64,000 bases of DNA from contig NW_021832830.1 in NCBI RefSeq assembly GCF_006345805.1, positions 35,982-99,981 on the forward strand, given 5' to 3'. The notes beneath the pieces were generated by a model. The model did not search any database. It saw only the letters and a list, made by a program, of their open reading frames with translations, and was not told the DNA's origin. This stretch comes from Octopus sinensis (Eukaryota). This document shows, piece after piece, positions 23,820 through 37,404 of the stretch (positions are counted from its first letter, which is position 1; each line of letters starts with the position of its first letter). The position numbers and the translations under genes are program-made.

Positions 23820-24018
23820 TGATAGATCTTTAGCTACTACACGCATTTTTTTCTCTCCTTGTTTCTCTCCTTGTTTTTTTCTGTGTATCTATCTGTAGAA
23901 GAGCGTAGGCTGGAAACGTAAAATACTTTTTCTATTCCTGAGCGCTATACTAATACATTTGTTTGTTTGTACTCCACCTACCTTCGTCTTTTGTTTATTT
24001 TCGTAAACTTTCCCTTTA
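23820..24018 (+). mobile_element. Penelope-like repeat with decayed minimal hammerhead (23893-23926); same family as 36903-37082
   Basis: CTGTAGA-A-GAGC-GTAG-GCTG-GAAA-CG-TA-AAATAC; downstream ~90 bp nearly identical to the reverse complement of 36903-36996. Confidence 0.7.
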
Positions 24019-25589
24019 TATTGTAGCCAATCTAGTGCTGTCCCTAACAAACTGAGCCTTATCAACTGAAAGGTAAATAGAGCGATGGGCATCGACCAAA
24101 AATGTTCAGATTTTGTGCCCCAAATTGATCTCAATATCACCATACCTACTTATCAGGTTTTGCAAAAATGAAAACCATAACATGAAGGTTTCGACATTCA
24201 TATTATTCAGAATTTCGTTAAACACATCTGTGTATTATAAATCCAGCTACATAGTCGTTGAACATATGTGATACTTGTACATATTTTTGTTTTGATTTTA
24301 AAACTGTTTTTTTTTTCTTAAATAAAACAGGTTTTAAAAAACGTGCATGGAAAGTACACCAATACATTTTTATTTCATTTCCAGGGCACAATGAAGTCAA
24401 AAAGGAAACAAAAATCTAAATTTGAGAGGAGAAAAAAATCAAATTAAATTTTTTCAAAACTACTAGCTGAGTTCATGCAATCACTGGAAAACTAATATAG
24501 TCAAGTTATCCTGAAAGTCGCACACAGGGAGTTTGTCATTTGTTGCAAGCAGGGAATTCATGCGATATAAAAACAGAGGCACAGAAATAATACTAAGAAG
24601 AAAGCAAACAAATATGGAGGAACGAGATAATGAAAGGAACGAGAAAAAGAAGAAAGAAAAATGGTCTGTACGGATAAGTATAAATAATGTACATATTAGA
24701 AGCTAAAAACAACAAAATAAATATTATGGTATAGGGATTGCAGATCACAGTTAATACTAATAAATTGTTATGGAATCTTGTAAATGGTGAGTACGCAGGA
24801 ATACTGTGCAGTGACTGAGAAACCAAAGGAGAGAATCTACAATTTTTCAAAACGGTTCCATTCATGGTTTGCACGAGCCGTTTCCCATCCGTGCACAACG
24901 AACTAATGCAATCAGAGGTTAAAATCAACTGCAGGCTATTAAAACCTGTATATTAAAAAAGAGAAAAGCGACTTTTCTAATAATTTTTGATGAGACAAAC
25001 TTTGAAAAGTAAATATATCCCGTATCAATACGGAATTGGCAATGCGGCATTTTGAAGTACAAAACAAAAAAAAAACAAAAATGCGAAGTAATAGAGGCAC
25101 AGGACAGAGCTGGAATATATGATATTTACGCAAATAATCAATGAAACATATGTGAAGAAGGCATTCAAATGGAAACGAACAAATTGTGGGTTACAAGTTT
25201 GAAAATATAAACAAAGGCAAACGGTACAGTTAGTAAGTTAAAATGAACGTGCAGAGAAATAGGCAGAACGTAGAAATGTTGAAAAATTATCGTCAAACTC
25301 TAAACAAATATATCGGTTATCCGCAGCGCACATGCGGCTGAATATGCTTTGAATCCCTTACAATTCAAATTGAAACATTTTGCACAGTAAACAACCCAAT
25401 AATATCGGACAGTTTCAAGAACACATCCTGCACAATAGTCAGGTTAAAATATAAGGAAAATCCAAAAGCAAACATTAAAGTAAAAACTAACCGTAAAATA
25501 AACGTTGGATACGACCAATGTATGCGTGCGCATGTTTGTGCGTGCGCGTTCGTTTTCGTATGCTTACACAGACACATCTGCGTGTATAT

Positions 25590-25598
25590 ATATAGATA

Positions 25599-25629
<31 letters not shown>

Positions 25630-25731
25630 ATATATATATATCTATATATATATATATATATATATATATGCATGTACGCATTTGTACATACATAAATATA
25701 TACAAGCACGCACCTACATGTATATTAATGC

Positions 25732-25793
<62 letters not shown>

Positions 25794-26854
25794 ATAATAT
25801 ATATATATATGTACATATACATACATATACATATATATAGAAGTACATAAACATATATATATGTGTATATATATGTATATATATGTATATATATATATAC
25901 ATATATATATATATTTACATATATATATATTGTATATATACATATATATACATATGCTTGTATCTACAAAACCAGGGTGAGGGAGAGAGGAAGAGAGTGA
26001 GAGAGAGAGGGAGACGTGAAGAAGGGAAAAAATGTGGGAAGAAGAGAAATGTGTGAATGTGAGGAAGGTGTGTGTGTGTTCGTTTCTATATGTATCCTCC
26101 GTGTTTATTTCTTGTTATTTTTATGATGTAACAGAAAATGTTTACTAGCGACATCATTACAAAATTTTGTTACCATGTATATTACCAAAATGGCAAAGCG
26201 TATTCTCGATATGTACGTGCTGAAAAACAAACTTCACTTACAAAGAGCTGGTCCTAAATCCGTTAAACTGTTAAATAGTAAAATAGAACCAAACGAAATT
26301 GCATGTCGGTAAACATTTGACGATGCAGATATCGAAATAATTCTGAGTGAAGAATTATAAAAAAAAAGAAAATTGTACACGGCAAACTTAAATGAAATTG
26401 GCATAGCAGAAAAACATAACAAAGCAGATCGTTGAAGCTGTAGCTAATATTGTTACCCTTTGGTAGAAAAAAATATATATGGAGAGACAAACAGGGAAAA
26501 ATATATGGCAATAAACAGAAATAGTACAGTAAGAATAATGTAATTTCAACCAGTTTATCTGACAAAATTGAATTAGACACACATGAAATAAAGGGAAAAA
26601 AAGTATGCAATGAATACATTTAAAATATTTAAAAAGGAAAATTACAAATATACTATAAGTAAAAAAAACGTAAGCATATACGAACTCTTACATATGTATG
26701 TATATGTATACAGACTTTAACAGAGAGAGACACATGTACAATATATCAGTCGGTAATAATTTAGATGGAGGAACATCTAACTACAAAACTTCGTTTTATG
26801 TTGAACAGCAACGTCATACACGCACACAATTATATATTATATATATTATATATA

Positions 26855-26892
<38 letters not shown>

Positions 26893-27128
26893 TATGTTAT
26901 ATATATATATAAACATATATTTCTATATGTATATATACCTATACCTATCAATCTATCTATCTATATCTATCTATCCATCTATATCTATATATATATATAT
27001 ATATATACATATATTTCTATATGTATATATATATATACATACTATATATACATATACATATATATATAATATATATATATATATAATTATATATATATAT
27101 ATATATATATATAATACATATATATATA

Positions 27129-27175
<47 letters not shown>

Positions 27176-28009
27176 TACAGAGAGAAATAGATATAGATAG
27201 ACCGATTGATACATATATGCATAACTATATATTACATATATAAAATATATAAGTATATGTACATATACACACATGTCTGCGCACACACGCACATATATAT
27301 GCATTAATGCTTTATATGTGTGTGTGGTTGTATGTAAGCCAACGTATGTATATACGCATGTCTTCGTGCATTTCTGTCTCCGTTTGTCTGTGTGTCTGTG
27401 TGTCCCAGGTTATCTCTCTCTCTATCTCTCTATCTTTCTCTCTCGCTCTCTCTTTATCTCTCTCCCTCTCTGCCTATCTCTGCAGACTGATGTTATATTC
27501 CACAATGTTGAATACTTCTATTATTTTAGGAAATGATAAAAATGAAATCAACATTAGCAAACTGCACCGAGAATATTGAATTCAAATCAAATTGAAATGA
27601 GACAGGAGTAAGCAACATCATCATCAGCAACATCAACATCAGAGGCAGCACAACTGCAACAACAACAACAGGAAAAAAAAAGGGAATGATATGAGGAAAC
27701 AAAACGAAAAGTTCTGCCGAGACTTAATAGTTTTTGGTAAAGTTTGTTGCCGAAATGCATCATGGGCAATGAACTTTTTTCATCGCATACACAAAAAAAT
27801 ATCTGCATGCGTTGCACACACGCACACGCTCACATGAGCACGTACACACACATACGCACACACACATGAATATATGTGTATGGTTATAAAGTGTATATAT
27901 GTATGTATGTTTATATATATATATATATATATATATATTTACATACATGTATGTATGTACGTATACGTACGTATATATGTATGTATATATATGTGATATT
28001 TCTGATATG

Positions 28010-28056
<47 letters not shown>

Positions 28057-28057
28057 G

Positions 28058-28094
<37 letters not shown>

Positions 28095-28240
28095 ACGGAC
28101 GTTTATATTTATCCAAAATCACACACACACATATGTACATATATACATGCATAACCATATAGATATTCGTATACATATGTATATATGCATGTGTATGTGT
28201 CCGCGCGTGTGTGTGTGTTGCGTGCATGTATATATAACCT
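25590..28240. repeat. Several (TA)n/(TATC)n/(TG)n low-complexity blocks (25590-25960, 26830-27300, 27830-28240)
   Basis: Direct inspection. Confidence 0.8.
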
Positions 28241-28489
28241 TGTTTGTATGAATTATTGACCAATGTGGCAGCCATCACCCCGCAAAAATCCACCGCTCCA
28301 AAAGCTGAGAACCAGCTTGTCATAACAATTGTGTATCAGAGATACTCTAAGAACATCAATTTAGTTGTTTACCTCCAATAATTCTATCTCTTTGCCATTA
28401 TTTTCGGAGCCTCATTGTGCGAAAAGAGATATTTGAGACGATTTCTAAATATATCTATGTGCCTCTCTTCAAGACATCAATTTGATATA

Positions 28490-28508
28490 ATGATCATGAT
28501 GATTATGT

Positions 28509-28543
<35 letters not shown>

Positions 28544-28780
28544 GTGACGATGACGACAATCATCAGTCTCATCATTACGATGACCATGATCATTCTTATG
28601 TCATCAGTCATCATCGTCAACTTCGTCATCTTCATCCTAAGTCACCATCCTCCATCGTGACCATTACCAACTTCTCTTTCTGATCTATATTCATATTCCT
28701 CTTCATATTGTTGTCGCTGTTGTTGTCATTGCTGTTATTATTAATATTATTATTATCATTGATATTATTACTATTATCAC
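28490..28780. repeat. (GAT)n/(CAT)n/(TTA)n trinucleotide region
   Basis: Direct inspection. Confidence 0.8.
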
Positions 28781-28914
28781 TACTAGGTGAAATCTCTCAG
28801 CTTATTTTGCTGGGTATGATGGAAATTGTCGAGCACTTATACATCGTCTAACGACGGGAGACTCCATCATATATATGTATATATAGATATATATATATAT
28901 AATATATATATATA

Positions 28915-29276
28915 TGATAAAGGGTACAATTAATTAATTAACTAGTAATTAATAATTCCACCATGTAGTATTCGGCATGTTAAAAGGACCATATTTGGGT
29001 AAACTTAAACGATATTTTATAATTATGAATATAATTATAATTAGTGTTAAGCAAACATTTGCTTCATCAACATACGGAACTTTAGAAATTGCAGCCAAAC
29101 AACCTTAGCTATTTCTTCTACTATAAGGGAAAACTCATGGACAACAACTCCCGGAGTTTCTTCTTATAGTAGAAGAAATAGCTAAGGTTTTTGGCTGCTA
29201 TCTCTAAAGTTCCGTATGTTGATGAAGCAAATGTTTGCTTAACCCTAATTATAATTAAGCTCATAATTAAAAATAT
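28915..29276. mobile_element. Fold-back repeat: ~125-bp arms (29012-29136 / 29154-29276), 17-nt loop, ~97-bp tail, (TA)n at both ends
   Basis: aagcaaacatttgcttcatcaacatacggaactttag pairs with ctaaagttccgtatgttgatgaagcaaatgtttgctt; ctatttcttctactataag pairs with cttatagtagaagaaatag. Confidence 0.9.
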
Positions 29277-29608
29277 TATATATATATATATATATTCTGT
29301 AGTCTTTTACTGCTGGAGGCTCTGGTCTTTGAAAAAATCCAGTTCATTCTTGTGTAAAAATTTCAATTTCTGCATTTTCTGTTTTCCAGTATTGGTTGAT
29401 GATCCACTTTTCTTCATTTCTGTTCAAATTTCCAGCCGAAGAATAAATGTCTTAAATTAGGAATAGTTATTTTACTGCAGAAAGAAGTGCTTAAGAAGAC
29501 TATAGAATCACAAAATTCTTATCGGAAGAAAAAAAAAACAGAAATAGAGAAACGAAAAGATCTTTCCACTTATTAAAAGCAACTGTGTACCTAGTTGTGC
29601 CCAACACT

Positions 29609-29641
<33 letters not shown>

Positions 29642-29789
29642 CAAAATACATACTTACACACACGTATGCACAGACATACGTACAATCATGACGCGCTCGT
29701 AACTCGCACACATATTTATACGGACGTTGAAACAGCAAAGTATGTGTGAAAATAAAAGCAGAATAATTATAAATTTTTAAAACAAAATC

Positions 29790-29858
29790 AAATGGAAATA
29801 TTCAGTTAAACGGAAATAACAGTAGGACACTGAAACAAGTTGATGATTTGAAATATCT
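29790..29858 (+). mobile_element. Possible decayed RTE-type RT fragment
   Basis: NGNIQLNGNNSRTLKQVDDLKYL resembles the L..V..FKYLG motif; very short. Confidence 0.3.
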
Positions 29859-31522
29859 GAAAGAGAAAAACAAAAATTAACAAAAGTTTTGAGATCATAG
29901 AACGATATAAAACGCTAAGTAAAGAACTGGAAGATCTGACAATACGTATTGATACGCTTCAGGGAATATATGGAATCGATATATTTGTGGGAGGAAAAGC
30001 AAGATAATGATTGCCTCGTAAAAGAAAAAGAAAATATTGAATGCAGTCGAAGGAGGGAGGATGTAGTTTGGATAAGTAAAAATTATTTTATCGACAACAA
30101 AACTCTGTCTTTGCTGTTCAATAGTAATTTTAAAGCATTAGGAGGCCATCATGGAACATAAATTTTTAAAGTAAGTCCAAAGTTCATGACGTTTAAAAAT
30201 GATTATGTTATCGAAGTGTGGGCAGCAGCGCTCCATTTCACATAGAAAATATCGTGTTAAGTTGAACGTTAACTAAGTCGTTACTGTGGAGAATGAACTA
30301 CTAAAGCATTCCTCTTTGTTGTCGGTTTTGAGTTGATCATCTATTAGGAATCCACGAACCTCGGACTCCAGGAAACCTCCAGTAAATAGATTTCGATTCA
30401 GCCAGAGGGAAAATATTTTAGTGATATAGTATAAAGAATTTGAGCGAAAAGAATATGGTGGAAAAGCTAATGTTGAGCAATGAACTGGTGGAATGGAGGC
30501 AGGTAAGTGTTTCACATATTGAATCAGAGACCCAAAAAGTTATGATTATTTATTGATAGGTATAATGTTCAACAATGAGGAAATTATTGACGGATGTTCT
30601 GTACAATTATCAAATGGTAAGGCTCACATATCTGAGCGAACGATACAGCAACACACAGTTAATAGGTGAATTGAAAATGTAAGTCGAAGACTGCTCCTGC
30701 GATGATCTTTGCAATATTGTCCACTCAATTGAGTGAAAACCTTTGGTCTTTCTTTAATTATTTCTTTTGTGGGGTTTAGATAGACGGATTTTGAAACACT
30801 ACGGTCTCATACGTAACTATAAACAGAACAGCATTTTAAATACTGATTTTAAACCGCTCCCGCCACATGCCTTACACAACAATTGTCCAGCCTGGAAAAC
30901 ATCTTTATTTAATTCACTTATATTCTGTCCAAAAATACTTTCTTTAAACTAGTATCATCCTTCTCGCTTATCTTCCTATTAAACAACAAAATTATATATT
31001 TGAAAAAGGTCTTATTTTTCATTCTGTATACGTGGATGAATGAAAACACCTGGCCCTTTGTATTTTCTAGACTCTAAACAATTACCTATAACTTCCTAAA
31101 TTATTACCTGTATATTCTACATGTTGCTATCTACACCTTACATGACACTTCCCTCTCAAATTAAAATATGTTTAATTATTATTTCACTGCAATTTATAAG
31201 GCTCTCTATATATTTCAAACGGACACTTTATGCTCGATATTTCAAACAGCTTGTTGGTATCCGTTATCGTCAGTGTGTACGTGTGTGTATGTGTGTATAC
31301 GCGTGCGTATGTGTGTCTTGCGCATCAATAGATATTTCATATACTGTAGCATGTAGTTTGTAGTTTCTTGTGGTACATATTATATTGATGAGTCGAAAAG
31401 GAATGAAAACAATGGCAAAGCTTATTTCATCCCAGTTGATGTAGTTTGGGAAAGAACAATTTAGGAAGAGGACTTCGCCTTAACAATGCACATTGAGTGA
31501 AAACATTAATGGTATTTTCTGA

Positions 31523-32101
31523 AAGGCGGGGAGCTGGCAGAAACGCCGGGCGAAATGCTTTGCGGTATTTCGTCTGCCGTTACGTTGTGAGTTCAAATTC
31601 CGCAGAGGTCGACTTTACCTTTCATCCTTTCGGGGTCGATTAAATAAGTACCAGTTACGCACTGAGGTCGATGTAATCGACTTAATACCTATGTCTGTCC
31701 TTGTTTGTCCCCTCAGTGTTTACCCCCTTGTGGGTAGTAAAGAAATAGATATATCGTCTGCCGTTACGTTGCGAGTTCAAATTCCGCCGAGGTCGACTTT
31801 GCCTTTCATCCTTTCGGGGGTCGATAAATTAAGTACCTATTACGCACTGGGGTCGATGTAATCGACTTAATCTGTTTCTCTGTCCTTGTTTGTCCGTGGG
31901 TAGTAAAGAAATAGGTATTTCGTCTGCCGTTACGTTCTGAGTTCAAATTCCGCCGAGGTCGACTTTGCCTTTCATACTTTCGGGGGTCGATAAATTAAGT
32001 ACCGGTTACACACTGGGGTCGATGTAATCGACTTAATATCTATGTCTGTCCTTGTTTGTCCCCTCTATGTTTAGCCCCTCGTGGGTAATAAAGAAATAGG
32101 C
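31523..32101 (+). mobile_element. SINE family A: headed copy plus two tandem headless units
   Basis: Units restart at about 31750 and 31914. Confidence 0.9.
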
Positions 32102-32600
32102 ATTTTATGAACGGCAGTGATTTCCAGGGATCATAAAATATTCGGACGTTACCTAGAAACAATCTACCGTACCAATCTTTGAATCATTTATATTAATACG
32201 AGTTCACCTTTACAATAAACAAACAAAGCAGGTATTTAAACTCAGAGACAAACCATTTAAGACTTTGACAAATTCGTACAGAAGCTATTTTCAATAACCA
32301 TTCATAAAGAAAGTCCTAATGTTTGACATTTAGAAAACCGTTGTCTTTCAGTGTAGACGTTGTCCTTAATCCCGTTCTTAAATACTTTAATAACAGCAGG
32401 ATTATGTGACCTAGGATGTCGGATAATCCTTTGTTTAATGTATGATAGTTATATTTCTTTTAGAAATCACAAGGAAAGAGACTGAAATATGAAAATCTCC
32501 GTTATATTATACGCACATTCTCATAGCAACAGATATAGACTAAATGGTACGTGCTAGGTGAGTGAACGCCTATGTTGTTCTTGTCTGTCTATATATATAT

Positions 32601-32646
<46 letters not shown>

Positions 32647-32689
32647 ATATTGTGTGTATGTATGTATGTACATATATAATGTATTGTAT

Positions 32690-32945
32690 TATTTGGTATT
32701 TTTTTGTATTATTTTTGTAACATCGTCCGGTTTCCGTCCTTGTTTCGTATACATTCGATCCATTTTCCAAGGAATCTAATGCTCTTAGTTTAGTTTTTCC
32801 TTCGGGATGGCCAGATTGGAGCAATCTCATGATTAATCAGCCGAAATTGCGAGGAGGATCCGGTTCTTCACTGAAGATTAAAGGCTTCCAATGAACCGTC
32901 CGTGTTTGTTCTACCCTCTATTTGGATGTTTGCGTTCTTGTCCCA
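32690..32945. mobile_element. Unclassified repeat fragment between (TA)n tracts
   Basis: GC-richer island flanked by (TA)n; contains aatcagccGAAA. Confidence 0.35.
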
Positions 32946-32969
32946 TTTTATATATATATATATATATAT

Positions 32970-33047
<78 letters not shown>

Positions 33048-34030
33048 AATATTAGGGGGGGGAGAAAGAAAGACAGAGAGACCTAATTTAACATGCATAA
33101 GCATATATATATTTATATATAGTTACACATTTACCTATACTAACAACTAGACACACGCACACACACACCACACAAACCACACATATGTTATATGTAAATA
33201 TACACATTTATAATTGTTTGCAGAGCCATACACCCGCACAAATGTATACAAATATAAATTGTAGGCATTTTTATTAAATTATTTAGATGTTTACACTATG
33301 ATATATTATTCATAAAGCAATGGCGGATACTTTTGATGATAAACATAGGTATTTTCTATTGCAAGACAGACATAAAATGAAGGCGCATGCTTCGTCATTT
33401 CCTATTGGGCTGTTAACAAACATGAATTCACATGTTTAGATCTGTCGCTGTTGTAGTCTATCTCCTGTGTTTGCATTTAAGTGTAAATGATTGATATAAA
33501 AGACGTGTGTCATGTAATGCAACGGAAATACTTTCTGTGCGTTCAGACATTGCAGTCTTCTAAGAAGGCATCGATTTTGTGTATCCAGAAATGTTCGGAA
33601 TAAATACGTATTCTTAATAAATAAGTAAATGAATAAATGGAGAGATAAATAAATAAATGTGTTTCGTGCTAGTCATAATAATGGATTTGTCTGTACGTCG
33701 CATTTATTATTCTCTGTCACTTGCACACAGAATGCTGATTAATGTCGAATATACGTACATATATCTATTCATATATAATATATAATTCAATTTATACACA
33801 CACACACACACAAACAAACGAACATACACATTCATATCTATATCTGTATCTATATATATATGTATATATATGTATAAATATATATATATTTATATATATA
33901 TATACATAAATATCTATTATATTATATATACATATCTATCTATATATATATGTATATATATGTATAAATATATATATATATATTTCTATATAATATATAA
34001 ATATATATAATATATATATATAATATATAT

Positions 34031-34967
34031 ACAAAGAGCAATAAAGATTCAAGTTAATTTAAAAAATTTACTTGAATATGGTACCTAACTTAGATGCAAA
34101 AAAGAACTATACTGATTTAACAATACAGTAATGTGGGTGTGATTATAAGCGAGAAAGAAGCAACAAGAATGGATAGGTTTTTAGTACGATCGTTTCATAC
34201 AAGGACAGGTTTTATTAAAGTTGCAAAGATTACAGCATATAAACGAGTCCCGTACTCATCAGCTAAAATACATGTAAGTTCTCTAGACATCCTAGTGTTT
34301 GAGGCTATACTCATGAAGTAATGTAGATAATTAAACAGATTTCTAAAGTTCATTAAAGTTCCTTAAAGATGATGTATAGTCTTATCACAGAATTTTAAAA
34401 AGTTTTGATAGCATCACAGAGAAGGTGACCTAATCCATATGAATTCCATAGATATGATGAGGGATTATATACTCACAGAAGACAAATTTATCCATTGTTA
34501 TTAGCATTACAGAGAGGGTGAATTAATCCTTTGTATATATGCACAGATTCAATGGTGTACACCATTGGAATCTGTGCATATATACAAAGGATTAATTCAC
34601 CTCTCTGTAATGCTAATAAAATGGATAAATTTGTCTTCTGTGAGTATATAATCCTCATCATATCTATGGAAATTCATATGGATTAGGTCACCTTCTCTGT
34701 GATGCTATCAAAACTTTTTTAAAATTCTGTGATAAGGACTATACATCATCTTTAAGGAACTTTAATGAACTTTAGAAATCTGTTTAATTATCTAATTACT
34801 TCATGAGTATAGCCTCAAACACTAGGATGTCTAGAGAACTTACATGTATTTTAGCTGATGAGTACGGGACTCGTTATATGCTGTAATCTTTGCAACTTTA
34901 ATAAAACCTGTCCTTGTATGAAACGATCGTACTAAAAACCTATCCATTCTTGTTGCTTCTTTCTCGC
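34031..34967. repeat. Spacerless ~820-bp palindrome (arms 34149-34558 / 34559-34967) with 118-bp tail, between (TA)n tracts
   Basis: Centre ggtgt|acacc; ends gcgagaaagaagcaacaag / cttgttgcttctttctcgc. Confidence 0.95.
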
Positions 34968-35423
34968 GATATATATATATATATATATATATGTACATAT
35001 ATACATATATTAATAAAAGAAATAGAACATATGCATATATATAAACATATATGTACGTACCTACCTCTACATGTACATATACACGCATATACACATATAT
35101 AGAAACATATGTATATATATGTATGCATATATTAGTAGAAATTTGTACATAATTATCCGTTTATATAATGAAATGTGTGTAAATATATATATATCTATGT
35201 ATATACTTCTATATATATATATACAGGTAGATAAAGAGATATAGAATATCCATATGTGTGTATATATTCATATATACACACACACACTGAATTTATGCGT
35301 ACACACACATATATACATATGTGTATATGTAGATATTTATAAGATATCTACGTGTGTGAATTTTGTGATACCTATATTTGTTTCCGGATGTGTATATGTG
35401 TGTGTATGTGTGTGTGTGTGTGT

Positions 35424-35455
<32 letters not shown>

Positions 35456-35674
35456 TAGACGAAACCAGCAGGAAACATTACTCAACATACAATAATAATG
35501 GTAAATTATTTATCCGAACCTGAAGTTTCACAGGTTGTTACAACGAATGCGAGAAACGTGAGACAGTAACAACTTGCGAAGTGTCAGTTTACAACAATTA
35601 ATCTCTCTCTTTCTCCCTCTCTTTCACATTTTCTCTCTCTCTCTGCATATATGTATTTCTCTCTCACTGCATGT

Positions 35675-35704
35675 GTTTGCTTCTCTATCTATCTATCTAT
35701 CTTG

Positions 35705-35761
<57 letters not shown>

Positions 35762-35855
35762 CATCTATCTATCTATCTATCTATCTATATATCTTTATAT
35801 CTATCTATCTATCTATCTATCTCTCTCTCTCTCTCTATCTATCTATATATCTTTA

Positions 35856-35914
<59 letters not shown>

Positions 35915-36181
35915 ATATATATATCTCTGTCTATCTGTCTATCTGTCCATCCTTCTGCCTGTCTTTCTATCAATCTATCTATCTATCTATCGATCTATTA
36001 ATCAATCAATCTATCTATTTATCTGTCTGTGTATCTATCTATCTATGTATCGATCTATCTATCTATATCTGTCTATCTAACTATCTAGCTAAATATCTGT
36101 GCCTGCCGCTCTCTCTCTGTTTCTCTATTTGCCTGTCTGTCTCTCTGTATGTATATATGTATGTATGGATATGCATGTATG

Positions 36182-36243
<62 letters not shown>

Positions 36244-36320
36244 TGTTTGTATGTATGTATATATGTATGGATGGATGGATGGATGGATGGATGGATGGAT
36301 GGGTGGATGGATGGTTGGAT
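35675..36320. repeat. (TATC)n,(TATG)n,(GGAT)n tetranucleotide arrays
   Basis: Direct inspection; source of the SIYL and MYVC ORFs. Confidence 0.9.
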
Positions 36321-36902
36321 GCGTATGTATCATGTTTCTGTGTGTGTATGTTTATACACTCTCCTGAAATACATACCTTGTATATAAATCAGAACGTATA
36401 CATAGTAAATAAAATCACCTTGGCACTAAGTTTATTGCAATTTTGCTATTGCTCACCGTTTTCAGTAATATCGGTAGCAGAATCTCGCCATTATAGAAGT
36501 AGCTTTGAATCAATATTTCAATTCAACCTGCGTATTGTCATATATATCAACAAACATAGAGAAATATGTATGAGTATGTCCGTGTGCAGGTGTACGTATG
36601 CGTATATTTATGCCTGTATATGTGTGTGTGTGTGTGCGTTTTGCACAATCGAAGATTATTATTTATTTCTCGCCGTTGAGAGTTTCTGAAATCAAGCGAC
36701 GAAACTCCATTGTTTAACCTTGAATTGACTTAAGTGATGAAATAATTATGTATATCGACGGAATGGATTATAAGATTGAAACGCCTGCAGTTATACATGG
36801 AGACACACAGACACACACATACACTCAAACACACGCGCACATATAAATGTATATAACCATGTGTGCGTGTGTTTTTGTATATATATATATATATATACAT
36901 AT

Positions 36903-37082
36903 ATAAAGGGAAAGTTTACGAAAATAAACAAAAGGTGAAGGCAGGTGGAGTACAAACAAACAAATGTATTAGTATAACGCTCAGGAATAGAAAAAGTCTT
37001 TTATGTTTCGAGCCTACGCTCTTTGACAGAAAGATACACAGGAAAAACAAGGAGAGAAACAAGGCGAGCTAACGATCTATCA
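36903..37082 (-). mobile_element. Penelope-like repeat with minimal hammerhead fold (36997-37034), flanked by (TA)n
   Basis: Minus strand TCTTT-CTGTCAA-A-GAGC-GTAG-GCTC-GAAA-CA-TA-AAAGA. Confidence 0.7.
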
Positions 37083-37106
37083 TGCCGTCATCTATATATA
37101 TGTATG

Positions 37107-37186
<80 letters not shown>

Positions 37187-37355
37187 CAGTGATATATATA
37201 TAAATACATACATATATATATATATATATTAAGTGTAGGAAGTGTATGCCCCATGGTCGTAACTTCAACCGTGCTTTTTCTGCTTTGATTTTTGCTACCC
37301 AGGTATCGGTTATCATTTAAATTATCCGTAATAAGATAATTCATTTATCTACTTC

Positions 37356-37404
<49 letters not shown>

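Noticed and set aside
30430-30620. Plus-strand donor sites (CAG|GTAAGT near 30502, ATG|GTAAGG near 30617) and a similar one near 24787
   Set aside because: Short peptides with no recognisable homology and weak acceptors; such hexamers are expected by chance every few kb.
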